Counted from the first letter of the stretch, positions 41,921 to 52,768 are shown. The stretch is DNA of 64,000 nucleotides from an uncultured Lachnospiraceae bacterium (GCA_947172705.1 CAMWCA010000010.1:353-64352), one strand, 5' to 3'. Notes: generated from the sequence alone by a model not told the origin. Program-made: numbers and translations.

Positions 41921-43133
41921 GCTTAAAAAAGTATTTTGCCGGACAAGGGGGAGGGCGGCGCTGGTTTCGCTGCTGCTTTTGATTTGCGTCACCTGCCTTT
42001 TTTCCGCCAATGTTTCGTGGGTGAACGAAAAGGGAGAGGAGGAAACCGGCTTTGCAGCCGTTGCCGCTTTAAGGGCGGCGCAGAAGGAATGGGCGGGTGA
42101 TCTGGATGAAGAAAAAATACGCAGGGTGATCGCTGAAAATCGAAGAATAGAGGAAACACCGGAAGGACAGTCGGAAAAGGTGCAGGAAAGCAACATCGCC
42201 TATGGCTGGAAGCAGGGGATTATGGAGATTCGGTCTCTCCTTAATTGTTTTTATGCAGAGCAATTCAGAGAATACGATTATTTTCGGGCGGATTCATTGA
42301 AAGAAGAGGATGCGGCGCTTTTTTATCAAAGCAGGACAGAACTGCTTAGGGAATGGCTGGCTGGGGATGCCAGGGAGCTGTTCTCAGAGAATGAAAAGAA
42401 ATATTTGATAGATCGATACGAAAGTCTTCCGGTTCCCCTTTACTATGATTATGCCATGGGGTGGACCCGGTTGTTTGAATTTGCGCCCACTATTGTGATG
42501 ATCACTATGTTGATTTTAGGCTATCTGGTTGGAGGAATTTTTTCCGACGAATTTGCCCATAAGGCGGATGCTGTTTTCTTTTCTTCTTTTTATGGAAGAA
42601 ATAAGGCTGTCAGGGCTAAAGTCATAGCGGGACTTCTGATGACGACAATGGTCTATTTTACAGTTTTTTTGGTGTATACGGGGGTCAACCTGTGCTATCT
42701 GGGAGCAGATGGATGGAATATGGAGGTGCAGGCATCCTGGACTTCCTGGAAATGCTTTTATCCGATTACCATGCTGGAGAAATATTTTCTGATTGCATTC
42801 GGGGGATACGTGGGCTGCTTGTTTATTGCAACCCTTACCATGCTGGTATCCGCAAAATTCAAATCGGCGGTTTTGGCGGTTATGGTTCCTGTGGAGCTGA
42901 TTTTTATCCCTTCCATAGTTGAGAATTTTATGGGGAGTGTGAACAGCTCCCTTGCAAATAAAGTAGTTGGATTGCTGCCCGATCAACTGTTGCAGGCGGG
43001 AAACGCCCTGGAGTATTTTAACCTGTATTCTTTTGGCGGGGAAATTTTTGGCGCGGTGCCGGTTATGCTGGTTTTGTACTTCCTTTTGACGATAGGATTT
43101 CTGCCTGTGATCTATCTGGAATACAAAAAGTAG
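41907..43133 (+). CDS. ABC exporter permease
   Basis: MIRYELKK start, large extracellular loop, then several TM segments. Confidence 0.85.
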   Translation: MIRYELKKVFCRTRGRAALVSLLLLICVTCLFSANVSWVNEKGEEETGFAAVAALRAAQKEWAGDLDEEKIRRVIAENRRIEETPEGQSEKVQESNIAYGWKQGIMEIRSLLNCFYAEQFREYDYFRADSLKEEDAALFYQSRTELLREWLAGDARELFSENEKKYLIDRYESLPVPLYYDYAMGWTRLFEFAPTIVMITMLILGYLVGGIFSDEFAHKADAVFFSSFYGRNKAVRAKVIAGLLMTTMVYFTVFLVYTGVNLCYLGADGWNMEVQASWTSWKCFYPITMLEKYFLIAFGGYVGCLFIATLTMLVSAKFKSAVLAVMVPVELIFIPSIVENFMGSVNSSLANKVVGLLPDQLLQAGNALEYFNLYSFGGEIFGAVPVMLVLYFLLTIGFLPVIYLEYKK

Positions 43134-43194
43134 CAGCTCCGCCCAGCCATGAACTGTTGTTACATATAAAGTGCCATCATAAAAATTCTAAATA

Positions 43195-43224
43195 TTGACA
43201 TAAGCATGTACGGCTTGTTAGAAT
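43195..43224 (+). promoter_or_regulatory. Sigma-A promoter of the hybrid kinase gene
   Basis: TTGACA-18-TAGAAT with TGn extension. Confidence 0.6.
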
Positions 43225-43271
43225 GGTAACATAAGCGTATTATCATTTACTTAGAACAGGAGAAAACTGAT

Positions 43272-46043
43272 ATGTATCATTGTCATGTCTGCTTTTATCT
43301 GACAGGTCCCAAATGCAGGGCTTTTGAAGTAATCAGGGAAATGCCTCCAATGGAGCATTTTACTCATGAATTTATTGAAAGTAATAAGCCGGAGAGCGTG
43401 CTTGCGGCGAGGGCGGATGTAGTTTTTTTGCATGGGGTGGAAAATCACATGGAAAAAACGCTGCAGGCTCTTAATAAGGACATGCAGGCAGATGGAAAAC
43501 TGATTGTTCTGGCAGACGGAAAGGATATTTTTGCTCTGGAGGAAGGCTTGGCTGCCGTACAGGATGTATGGACGATGCCTATGTCAGATGAAGAGATAAA
43601 ATATCGTTTCCTGAACTGGCAGAAAAACTATAAGCAGAGTATGGATTCCTGGCAGACCAGTCAATATTTTGAAGCCACAATTAATCATATCCCTAATTTG
43701 ATCTGGTATAAGGATAAGGATGGTGTGCATGAGAAAGTAAACGACAGCTTCTGCAGAACAGTGGGTAAGACCAAGCAGCAGGTGGAAGGGCAAAAACACG
43801 CGTACATATGGGATGTTGAGCAGGATGATCCCGCGTGCATCGAATCAGAGCGGGAGGTTATGCACAAGCGGGAAACCTGTATATCGGAAGAAGTGATTCA
43901 GACAGGGGATGGGATGCGGATTCTCACCACTTATAAGTCGCCCCTGTATGATGTTGACGGGAGCGTAATGGGAACGGTAGGCGTGGCCATCGACGCTACC
44001 CAGGAGCGTGCTTATGAGCAGGAAATCATAGCGAAAAATCGAACTCTGGAAACGATCTTTGCTTCGATAGAGTGCGGCGTGATCTGCCATTCTATAGACG
44101 GTTCACGGATTCTCAGTGTGAATCATGCGGCGCTTAAAATTCTGGGCTATGAGTCTCAGGAGGAATTGCTTACAGATGGGTTTGATATGTTTGCTGCCTC
44201 TGTGGTGGAAGAAGATCAGGCGAAACTGCGGGAAAGCGTTGACAGTCTCAAGAAGGAAGGGGACAGTGTCAGCGTAGAATATCGCGTAAGACATAAAAAT
44301 GGCGAAGTGCTGCATGTTATGGGAAATGTAAAATTGCTGGAGGAAAACGGCGAGTTGTTTTACCAGCGTTTTCTTTTAGACTGTACAGAGCAAAAGCTTC
44401 AGGAAAAGAAGAAAGAAAGATATCAGAGAGAGCTGCTTCAGGCGCTGAGCACCGACTATAATCTTGTGTGCTTCTTTGATCTGACTACAGGGCTTGGAAT
44501 GTTGCTTCAAAATGATAATTATCCCAAGAATGTATCAGAGGCTGTTTTTAACAAGAAAATTGTTTTAAGAGAAAGCATGGATGAGTATATTCGGGATATT
44601 GTATATGAGGATGACCGGGAGATGATGCGTCAGGCTTCTTCCGTAGAGTGGTTGAAAAAGGAACTGACGGCAAAAAAAACCTGCTATGTGAATTACCGCA
44701 CATGCAGAAACGGCGAGATAAAGTATTTCCAGATGAAAGCGGTACGCGTAGGCACATGGGAAGGAAATTATGGTATTGTGCTGGGCTTCCATTGTGTGGA
44801 TGAGGAAATGCGCAGTGAAATGGAAAAACAGAAGCTCCTGGAGGATGCCCTTTTACAGGCAAATAAGGCAAGTAAAGCAAAAAGCGTTTTTCTTTCCAAT
44901 ATGTCTCATGATATCAGGACGCCATTAAATGCCATTGTAGGATTTACCACTTTGGCAGTAAATCATATTGACAGAAAAGAGAAGGTTCAGGAATATCTGG
45001 ATAAGATCAGAACCTCAGGAAACTATCTGGTCAGCCTGATCGACGATGTGCTGGATATGAGCCGGATCGAAAGCGGCAAAATGCATTTGGAGGAAAAGCC
45101 TTGTAAATTATCGGAGGTCTTGCAGGGATTAAATCATATTTTCCAGGCGGATGCAGGCGCCAAAAGAATCAGTTTGGACATTAAAAGCGTGAACGTGCGC
45201 CATGAGGACATTTATTGCGATCCGTTGCGCCTGAACCAGGTATTGGTTAATATTGTTGGCAATGCCTTGAAATATACAGAAGAAGGCGGAACTGTAAAGG
45301 TACATTTGACGGAAAAACCGGGGGCGCTTACAGGGCATGCCGCTTATGTGTTTTCCGTGAAGGATACAGGTATTGGAATGAGCCCGGAATTTGTGTCGCA
45401 TATATTTGATCCCTTTGAGAGAGAAGAAAATTCTACCATCAGCAGGATTCAGGGAACCGGTTTGGGAATGGCAATCACAAAGAATATTGTGGATATGATG
45501 CACGGCAATATTGAGGTACAGAGCAAGCAGGGAGAAGGCACAGAATTTGTTGTTTCCTTTACATTCCGCCTGCAGGCAGGTGAATCTGCTTTTGTGAAAG
45601 AATCGGATAAAAGCATAGAAGACAGCGGCAATACAAAAGAAGATCCCAAGGAAGAAATAAAGCTTACAGGGCGTATTTTGCTGGTGGAGGATGTGGAGTT
45701 AAACCAGGAGATCGCAGTGGCGATCCTGGGAGATGCAGGCTTTACGGTAGAAGTTGCAGAGAATGGCAAAGAAGCCGTGGATATGGTACAAAGCTCCCAG
45801 CCGGGCTACTATCAGTTGATATTGATGGATGTGCAGATGCCGGTGATGAACGGCTATGAGGCAACGAAGGCAATTCGCATGCTGGAAAATAAGGAGCTCG
45901 CCGCCATACCCATTGTGGCAATGTCGGCAAACGCCTTTGAGGAGGATAAACAGGAGGCGTTGAAATATGGAATGAATGACCATATTGCAAAGCCCATCGA
46001 CGTAAACAATCTATTTGACACTTTGCGCAGGATATTGGCTTAG
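43272..46043 (+). CDS. Cytoplasmic PAS-domain hybrid histidine kinase
   Basis: PAS/PAC repeats, FLSNMSHDIRTP, NALKYT, DTGIG, GTGLG, C-terminal receiver. Confidence 0.95.
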   Translation: MYHCHVCFYLTGPKCRAFEVIREMPPMEHFTHEFIESNKPESVLAARADVVFLHGVENHMEKTLQALNKDMQADGKLIVLADGKDIFALEEGLAAVQDVWTMPMSDEEIKYRFLNWQKNYKQSMDSWQTSQYFEATINHIPNLIWYKDKDGVHEKVNDSFCRTVGKTKQQVEGQKHAYIWDVEQDDPACIESEREVMHKRETCISEEVIQTGDGMRILTTYKSPLYDVDGSVMGTVGVAIDATQERAYEQEIIAKNRTLETIFASIECGVICHSIDGSRILSVNHAALKILGYESQEELLTDGFDMFAASVVEEDQAKLRESVDSLKKEGDSVSVEYRVRHKNGEVLHVMGNVKLLEENGELFYQRFLLDCTEQKLQEKKKERYQRELLQALSTDYNLVCFFDLTTGLGMLLQNDNYPKNVSEAVFNKKIVLRESMDEYIRDIVYEDDREMMRQASSVEWLKKELTAKKTCYVNYRTCRNGEIKYFQMKAVRVGTWEGNYGIVLGFHCVDEEMRSEMEKQKLLEDALLQANKASKAKSVFLSNMSHDIRTPLNAIVGFTTLAVNHIDRKEKVQEYLDKIRTSGNYLVSLIDDVLDMSRIESGKMHLEEKPCKLSEVLQGLNHIFQADAGAKRISLDIKSVNVRHEDIYCDPLRLNQVLVNIVGNALKYTEEGGTVKVHLTEKPGALTGHAAYVFSVKDTGIGMSPEFVSHIFDPFEREENSTISRIQGTGLGMAITKNIVDMMHGNIEVQSKQGEGTEFVVSFTFRLQAGESAFVKESDKSIEDSGNTKEDPKEEIKLTGRILLVEDVELNQEIAVAILGDAGFTVEVAENGKEAVDMVQSSQPGYYQLILMDVQMPVMNGYEATKAIRMLENKELAAIPIVAMSANAFEEDKQEALKYGMNDHIAKPIDVNNLFDTLRRILA

Positions 46044-46063
46044 TAAAGACAGGCAGTGAGAGT

Positions 46064-47353
46064 ATGACATTACCGGAACAGTTTTTAAGCAGAATGAAAC
46101 AATTGCTTGGAGAAGAGTATCAGGATTTCCTGGAAAGCTATAGCAGACCGAAGGATTCTTCCCTGCGGGTCAATTTCCTGAAGGGCGGAGAACAGGAGCT
46201 TTTTCAAAAGGCAGGTTTTTTAACAGAACCGGTGCCCTGGGCGGCAGGCGGCTATTACTATCAGGAGGAGGCAAGGCCAGGCAGGCACCCTTACCATGAG
46301 GCAGGCGCCTACTATATTCAGGAAGCAAGCGCCATGGCGCCGGCAGCATACTTGAAGGTGCAGCAGGGAGAAAAGATCCTGGATCTGTGCGCAGCGCCTG
46401 GAGGAAAAAGCACCCAGATCGGGGCGGACATGAGGGGAAAGGGGATTTTGGTCTGCAATGAGATCCATCCCCGGAGGGCAAAAATTCTTTCAGAAAATAT
46501 AGAGAGGATGGGTATAAAAAACGGGCTTGTTTTAAACTGTGAACCGTCATTGCTTGCCCTGCATTTCCAGGGATATTTTGACAAGATCCTGGTAGACGCT
46601 CCCTGCTCGGGAGAAGGCATGTTCCGAAGGAAGGAAGAGGCTGTAAAGGAGTGGAGCCTGGAAAATATAAAGCTGTGTGCAGCAAGACAGAAGGATATCC
46701 TGAAGGAGGCGGCACAGATGCTGCGTCCTGGCGGCAGAATGGTGTACTCTACCTGTACCTTCGCACCGGAGGAGGACGAAGGTACCATTGACTGGTTTGT
46801 GAAGGAGTATCCGGCTTTTACCATGGAGGAATCCATAAGATTCTGGCCTCACAAGGTGAGGGGAGAAGGGCATTTTGTGGCATGTCTGAAAAAGGAAGGG
46901 CTTATGGAGAACGGGACAGTCAGTTCCAGGGGGGAAGAAAAAGGAATTTCTCCGAAAGAGCTGGGGGAATGGGAAAGCTTTCGCAGGCAGTATCTGAAGA
47001 CTTCTTTTTCGGGTATTTATTTAAGATTTGGAGACCAGCTCTATCTGGCGCCTGAGGGAACCCCTTCTTTGAAAGGGCTGAAAGCGCTTAGACCGGGGCT
47101 GCATTTGGGAACCTTAAAAAAAGGTCGGTTTGAACCTGCCCATGCACTGGCGCTCTCCTTAAGACCTGGGGAAGCTGTTTATGAATTTCCCTTGTCCATG
47201 GAGGAGGCGGCTGCCTATTTAGCAGGGCAGACCCTTCCGGCGGAAGGAGAAAAGGGCTGGTATCTGCTCACGGTAGACGGTTACAGCTTGGGCTGGGGAA
47301 AGCTTTCAGGGGGCATTATGAAAAATCATTATCCCAGAGGGCTGAGAAAGTAA
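46064..47353 (+). CDS. rsmF: RsmF/NOL1-NOP2-Sun rRNA m5C methyltransferase
   Basis: DLCAAPGGKS, DAPCSGEG, YSTCT, C-terminal KNHYP.GLR. Confidence 0.88.
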   Translation: MTLPEQFLSRMKQLLGEEYQDFLESYSRPKDSSLRVNFLKGGEQELFQKAGFLTEPVPWAAGGYYYQEEARPGRHPYHEAGAYYIQEASAMAPAAYLKVQQGEKILDLCAAPGGKSTQIGADMRGKGILVCNEIHPRRAKILSENIERMGIKNGLVLNCEPSLLALHFQGYFDKILVDAPCSGEGMFRRKEEAVKEWSLENIKLCAARQKDILKEAAQMLRPGGRMVYSTCTFAPEEDEGTIDWFVKEYPAFTMEESIRFWPHKVRGEGHFVACLKKEGLMENGTVSSRGEEKGISPKELGEWESFRRQYLKTSFSGIYLRFGDQLYLAPEGTPSLKGLKALRPGLHLGTLKKGRFEPAHALALSLRPGEAVYEFPLSMEEAAAYLAGQTLPAEGEKGWYLLTVDGYSLGWGKLSGGIMKNHYPRGLRK

Positions 47354-47360
47354 GACAGAA

Positions 47361-48419
47361 ATGAGGCAATACATGAAAATCAAAAAGTACGAATTGGCGG
47401 TTCTTTTCATTCTTATGGCGCTGCTGGCAGGGTGTGGCAAAAAGGATAAAAACGAAAATATAAAGGCAGGCATGGAGGCAATCGCCGCCCTGGATTATGA
47501 TGGCGCCCTTGTAAGCTTTGAAGCGGCAAAGGAAGCAGGCGAAGAAGAAAGACTTCTGTGCAGAGGGGAAGGGCTTGCTTATATGGGCAAAACCATGTAC
47601 AAGGAAGCGGCGGAGAGCTTTGAAAAAGCGCTTTCCCTGAGCAACGGAAGAGTAAACCCTATGGACTACGACATCAACTATTATCTTGCTACGGCATATT
47701 TTAAGCAGGGAGAGCTGGGAAAAGCGATTGAGGTTTATGATGCGATTGTAGGACTGAAGGAGGACGAAGAGGACGCTTATTATCTGCGGGGCGTTATTTA
47801 TGCCAAGCAGGGAAAGCTTGAGGAGGCAAAGGCGGATTTTGATCGGGCAATTACACTGAACCGGACGAACTATGACAGGCTGATTGAAATTTATGGGATT
47901 CTTGCCGCTGAGGGCTATAAGGAGGTTGGACAGGAATATCTTCAGGCGGCAATGGATGCAGGAACAAAAGGCATGACCAATTATGAAAAGGGACGCATCT
48001 GTTATTATCTTGGCGATTATGAAAATGCAAGAACGTATCTGGAAAAGGCAAGGGATGAAAGCGGATACGAGGCAGTGCTTTTCTTAGGGAAGACCTATGA
48101 AACCTTAGGGGACAACAATTATGCCATCAGCGTGTATAATACTTTCCTGGAAAGCGATGGCCCCAATCCACAAGTGCTCAACCAACTGGGCTTGTGCAAA
48201 ATGCAGACAGGTGATTACGAAGGGGCGCTCAGCAATTTTCAGGCGGCAATGAACATAGAAGATAATGGGATGATGCAGGTTCTTAAAATGAATGAGATCA
48301 TTGCCTATGAGCGTATTGGGGAGTATAAAAATGCGTCTGTGCTGTTGAACAACTATTTGAAGACTTATCCCGATGATGAGGAGGCGAAACGGGAGTATAT
48401 CTTCCTTCAGACCCGGTAA
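47361..48419 (+). CDS. TPR-repeat lipoprotein
   Basis: Lipobox LAGC followed by tandem TPR motifs. Confidence 0.85.
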   Translation: MRQYMKIKKYELAVLFILMALLAGCGKKDKNENIKAGMEAIAALDYDGALVSFEAAKEAGEEERLLCRGEGLAYMGKTMYKEAAESFEKALSLSNGRVNPMDYDINYYLATAYFKQGELGKAIEVYDAIVGLKEDEEDAYYLRGVIYAKQGKLEEAKADFDRAITLNRTNYDRLIEIYGILAAEGYKEVGQEYLQAAMDAGTKGMTNYEKGRICYYLGDYENARTYLEKARDESGYEAVLFLGKTYETLGDNNYAISVYNTFLESDGPNPQVLNQLGLCKMQTGDYEGALSNFQAAMNIEDNGMMQVLKMNEIIAYERIGEYKNASVLLNNYLKTYPDDEEAKREYIFLQTR

Positions 48420-48457
48420 AATATGCGTCAGAAAGTACCTTCTGACATGAAATAATG

Positions 48458-48541
48458 ACACAATATATTATGTTAATGATATTATGTTAACACAATATAT
48501 TGTGTTTTTTGTTTGACTTTTGGAGTGGGGGATGATACACT
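48458..48541 (+). promoter_or_regulatory. Tandem NrdR boxes and nrdD promoter
   Basis: ACACAATATATTATGT (48458-48473) and ACACAATATATTGTGT (48490-48505), 32 bp apart; TTGACT-17-TACACT (48513-48541). Confidence 0.88.
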
Positions 48542-48646
48542 TTTGATAAGCGGTGTTTTTGGGAAATTATGTAAACCAAACCGCTTGTATGCAGACTGAA
48601 AAATGGGGAACTGCATATCAGAATGAGAATTGGAGGGCGGATTTGG

Positions 48647-51040
48647 ATGTTTCAGGTAATCAAAAGAGAAGGGGATGTGGCGGACTTTACACTGACGAAG
48701 ATCAGCGATGCGATCATGAAAGCGTTTCATGCCACAGATGTGCAGTACAATAACGATGTGGTGGATCTGCTGGCGCTTCGGGTGACCGCAGACTTTCAGG
48801 GGAAGGTGAAAGAGGAACGTATCCATGTGGAGGACATACAGGACAGTGTAGAGAAGGTACTGGAACAGACCGGCTACGCAGAGGCGGCAAAGGCATACAT
48901 TTTGTACCGCAAGCAGCGTGAAAAAATGCGTACCATGAAATCCACCATATTAGATTATAAAGACGTTGTGAACAGCTATGTAAAGGTGGAGGACTGGCGA
49001 GTAAAAGAGAACTCTACCGTCACTTATTCCGTAGGCGGGCTGATCCTGAGCAATTCAGGCGCGGTCACGGCAAATTACTGGCTTTCCGAGATCTACGATC
49101 AGGAGATCGCAGAGGCGCACAGAAATGCGGATATTCACATTCATGATCTGTCCATGCTCACAGGTTATTGTGCCGGCTGGTCTTTAAAGCAGCTGATCAA
49201 CGAAGGGCTTGGCGGCATTACGGGAAAGATCACATCGGCTCCGGCGGCGCACCTGTCGGTTCTGTGTAACCAGATGGTAAATTTCCTGGGGATTATGCAG
49301 AACGAATGGGCAGGGGCACAGGCTTTCTCATCCTTTGATACCTATCTTGCGCCTTTTGTAAAAGTGGATCAGCTTTCTTATGAAGAAGTGAAGAAATGTA
49401 TTGAGGCGTTTATTTACGGTGTAAATACCCCCAGCCGCTGGGGAACCCAGGCGCCTTTCTCCAATATCACCCTGGACTGGACGGTTCCGGCGGATCTTGC
49501 AGAACTGCCTGCTATCGTAGGGGGCAGGGAGATGGATTTCAAATACAAGGACTGCAAAAAGGAAATGGATATGATCAATAAGGCGTTCATTGAGACCATG
49601 ATCGAAGGGGACGCCAACGGAAGAGGCTTCCAGTATCCCATTCCCACCTACTCCATCACCAGAGATTTCGACTGGTCGGATACGGAAAATAACCGCCTGC
49701 TTTTTGAAATGACGGCAAAATATGGAACCCCTTATTTTTCCAACTATATCAACTCGGATATGGAGCCCAGCGACGTGCGCAGCATGTGCTGCCGCCTGCG
49801 TCTGGACTTAAGGGAACTGCGCAAGAAAACAGGAGGCTTTTTCGGATCAGGGGAAAGCACCGGAAGCGTAGGGGTAGTTACCATCAACATGCCCCGTATC
49901 GCTTATCTTTCCTCCGATAAGGACGATTTTTACAGACGTTTGAATAAGATGATGGATCTTGCTGCAAGATCCCTTAAGATGAAACGGGATGTGATCACCC
50001 GGCTTTTGGACGAGGGGCTTTACCCTTATACCAAACGTTATCTGGGAACCTTTGACAATCATTTTTCCACCATCGGCCTCATCGGCATGAACGAGGTGGG
50101 CTTAAACGCCAACTGGCTGAGGGCGGATATGACAGATCGGCGCACCCAGGAATTCACCAAGGAAGTGCTGAACCATATGAGAAACAGGCTTTCCGATTAT
50201 CAGGAGCAGTATGGGGATCTGTATAATTTGGAGGCGACTCCGGCGGAGAGTACCACCTATCGCCTTGCAAAGCATGATAAGAAAAAATGGCCGGCGATCA
50301 AGACAGCAGGAAAAATGGGGGACACTCCTTATTACACCAATTCCTCCCATTTGCCGGTGGATTTTTCAGAGGATATTTTCGATGCCCTGGATATTCAGGA
50401 CGAGCTTCAGACATTATATACCTCGGGAACCGTATTCCATGCGTTCCTTGGGGAGAAGCTTCCCGACTGGAAAGCTGCGGCAGACCTGATCAGAACCATT
50501 GCGGAAAATTACAAGCTGCCCTATTACACCCTTTCTCCTACTTATTCCATTTGTAAGGAGCATGGGTATCTTGCAGGGGAGCAGAAGACCTGCCCGCACT
50601 GTGGAAAGACCACGGAGGTTTACAGCCGTATTACCGGCTATTACAGACCTGTGCAGAATTGGAATGACGGCAAGACTCAGGAATATGCAAACCGGAAGAA
50701 TTACAATATTGCGGAATCGGTGCTGAAAAAACCAATTACCAGCATGGTGACCCTGTCAGGCTATGACGAAAAAGAGATCAAGGTTTCCGTGGAGACACCG
50801 GAAAACATCGCTTATCTGTTTACCACCAAAACCTGTCCTAATTGCAGGCTGGCGAAGGAATATCTGAAAGATTTCAGATATGTGCTTATTGACGCGGAAG
50901 AAAATGTGGAGCTTGCCCAGAAGTACGGCGTAATGCAGGCGCCCACCCTTGTAGTAATAGATGGGGAGACTTCCCGCAAGTATGTGAACGCTTCCCGGAT
51001 CAAACAGTTTGCGGACAGCCAAAGGGCAGTGCTGGTATAA
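48647..51040 (+). CDS. nrdD: Class III ribonucleotide reductase with ATP cone and C-terminal glutaredoxin/NrdH-like domain
   Basis: VIKREG ATP cone, HIHDL, SMCCRL, EATPAES, CxxH/CxxC Zn site, RITGYY glycyl radical loop, then TCPNC...APTL. Confidence 0.95.
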   Translation: MFQVIKREGDVADFTLTKISDAIMKAFHATDVQYNNDVVDLLALRVTADFQGKVKEERIHVEDIQDSVEKVLEQTGYAEAAKAYILYRKQREKMRTMKSTILDYKDVVNSYVKVEDWRVKENSTVTYSVGGLILSNSGAVTANYWLSEIYDQEIAEAHRNADIHIHDLSMLTGYCAGWSLKQLINEGLGGITGKITSAPAAHLSVLCNQMVNFLGIMQNEWAGAQAFSSFDTYLAPFVKVDQLSYEEVKKCIEAFIYGVNTPSRWGTQAPFSNITLDWTVPADLAELPAIVGGREMDFKYKDCKKEMDMINKAFIETMIEGDANGRGFQYPIPTYSITRDFDWSDTENNRLLFEMTAKYGTPYFSNYINSDMEPSDVRSMCCRLRLDLRELRKKTGGFFGSGESTGSVGVVTINMPRIAYLSSDKDDFYRRLNKMMDLAARSLKMKRDVITRLLDEGLYPYTKRYLGTFDNHFSTIGLIGMNEVGLNANWLRADMTDRRTQEFTKEVLNHMRNRLSDYQEQYGDLYNLEATPAESTTYRLAKHDKKKWPAIKTAGKMGDTPYYTNSSHLPVDFSEDIFDALDIQDELQTLYTSGTVFHAFLGEKLPDWKAAADLIRTIAENYKLPYYTLSPTYSICKEHGYLAGEQKTCPHCGKTTEVYSRITGYYRPVQNWNDGKTQEYANRKNYNIAESVLKKPITSMVTLSGYDEKEIKVSVETPENIAYLFTTKTCPNCRLAKEYLKDFRYVLIDAEENVELAQKYGVMQAPTLVVIDGETSRKYVNASRIKQFADSQRAVLV

Positions 51041-51071
51041 TCAGGGAGACAGGAGAAAAGGGAGATTTCAC

Positions 51072-52007
51072 ATGATCAATCAATTAGTGTCTAAAATCAA
51101 GGCGACCAACGCGCCTATTGTGGTGGGGCTGGACCCTACTTTGAAATTTGTACCCAGGCATATTCAGCAAAAGGCATTTGCAGAGTATGGAGAAACTCTT
51201 GAAGGGGCGGCGGAAGCGGTCTGGCAGTACAATAAAGAGATCGTAGACCATATTTATGATCTGATTCCGGCAGTAAAGCCTCAGATCGCCATGTATGAGC
51301 AATTCGGCATTCCCGGGCTTGTGGCTTTTAAAAAGACGGTAGACTATTGCAAAGAAAAAGGTCTGGTGGTGATCGCCGATATTAAAAGAGGGGATATCGG
51401 TTCCACCTCCGAGGCATATGCAGTGGGACATTTGGGAAAGGTGACGGTTGGAAGTAAGACCTGTTATGGCTTTGACGAGGATTTTGCGACGGTCAATCCT
51501 TATCTTGGCTCCGATGGCATCAAGCCTTTTATAAAGGTATGCAAAGAGGAAAACAAGGGGCTGTTTATTCTGGTCAAGACCTCCAATCCCAGCAGCGGGG
51601 AGTTCCAGGACCGGCTGCTTTCAGATGGGGACAACAGGCATCTCTATGAGATCGTAGGCGAGCAGGTGGCAAAATGGGGCGAGGAGCATATGGGAGATTC
51701 CTACAGCTACATCGGCGCAGTGGTAGGCGCCACCTACCCGGAGGAAGGAAAGCTGCTGCGGGCAATTATGCCTAAGAGTTATATATTAGTGCCCGGCTAC
51801 GGCGCCCAGGGAGGAAAGGGAAAGGATCTGGTGCATTTCTTCAATGAGGACGGGCTTGGAGCCATTATCAATTCCTCCAGAGGCATTATTGCGGCTTATC
51901 AGCAGGAGAAGTATGCTTCCTATGGGGAGGAAGGCTTTGCAGAGGCTTCCAGGGCAGCGGTTGAGGATATGAAGGCGGATATTCAGGAGGCTTTGAACAG
52001 CAGATAG
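51072..52007 (+). CDS. pyrF: Orotidine-5'-phosphate decarboxylase
   Basis: VGLDP, DIKRGDIGST, KTSNP, GAVVGAT, PGYGAQG, NSSR. Confidence 0.96.
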   Translation: MINQLVSKIKATNAPIVVGLDPTLKFVPRHIQQKAFAEYGETLEGAAEAVWQYNKEIVDHIYDLIPAVKPQIAMYEQFGIPGLVAFKKTVDYCKEKGLVVIADIKRGDIGSTSEAYAVGHLGKVTVGSKTCYGFDEDFATVNPYLGSDGIKPFIKVCKEENKGLFILVKTSNPSSGEFQDRLLSDGDNRHLYEIVGEQVAKWGEEHMGDSYSYIGAVVGATYPEEGKLLRAIMPKSYILVPGYGAQGGKGKDLVHFFNEDGLGAIINSSRGIIAAYQQEKYASYGEEGFAEASRAAVEDMKADIQEALNSR

Positions 52008-52056
52008 AATGGAAATGATGAGAGCGGAGCCAGTAATTGAAATGTGTATATGAATA

Positions 52057-52110
52057 AAAAAGGAGCATCACTTTATAACTATAAATTTAGTTATTTGTGA
52101 CGCTCCTTTT
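52057..52110. terminator. Bidirectional terminator-like hairpin at the island border
   Basis: AAAAGGAGCATCAC...ATAACT..AGTTAT...GTGACGCTCCTTTT between convergent pyrF and yoeB. Confidence 0.75.
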
Positions 52111-52194
52111 AAATTTAATGTTCAGATAATGTTCAGGGAATCTTTGAGCTGTAGAATGGCAGGATATATTAAAACGATCCAATCCCCAAAATCT

Positions 52195-52491
52195 TTATCT
52201 CACTTCATCATAATGTGACCACATACGAACAACCTTTATTGTTCCCTCATATTTTACTCCCTCAAGGATTACTGAATCATTATATACCTGATAAACCAAT
52301 CTATGCTGCAGATTAATTCTTCTGGAGTAATAGCCATTCAAATTTCCTACCAGCCTTTCATAGGGAGGCGGATTTTGAAACGGATTTTCAGCTATAATAT
52401 GCAATAAAACTTTTGATTTTTCGTCAAGTCCCGCTCCCTTTAACAGTTTCTTATCTTTGTCTGCCTGCTTACTGAATCTTATGATATACAT
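52195..52491 (-). CDS. yoeB: Txe/YoeB toxin
   Basis: NPF..PP.YE.L.GNL.GYYSRRIN.QHRLVY, C-terminal SHY. Confidence 0.93.
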   Translation of the reverse strand: MYIIRFSKQADKDKKLLKGAGLDEKSKVLLHIIAENPFQNPPPYERLVGNLNGYYSRRINLQHRLVYQVYNDSVILEGVKYEGTIKVVRMWSHYDEVR

Positions 52492-52746
52492 TTACCACTC
52501 CTCATTTGGATCATATACCGAACATTCTTCTATTGGTTCTTTGCCTGCTTCGATAATACTTTCCATCATGCCGGGGATTGCATTTAAATATAATGTTTCC
52601 TGAATAGCATTCCAATCTTCTTCTGAAATAAGGACGCCATTCTTTCCACGATTGTTTGTGATTGTAATTGGCTGACTGCTGTTATTAACATCAGCTAATA
52701 TTTGATAAATATTATCTCTTGCTTTCGTTACACTGATTGCGATCAT
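52492..52746 (-). CDS. yefM: Phd/YefM antitoxin
   Basis: SVTKAR.N...., PI.IT, VLISEEDW..IQETLYL. Confidence 0.93.
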   Translation of the reverse strand: MIAISVTKARDNIYQILADVNNSSQPITITNNRGKNGVLISEEDWNAIQETLYLNAIPGMMESIIEAGKEPIEECSVYDPNEEW

Positions 52747-52768
52747 ATCATCATCTCCTTTCCATTTT

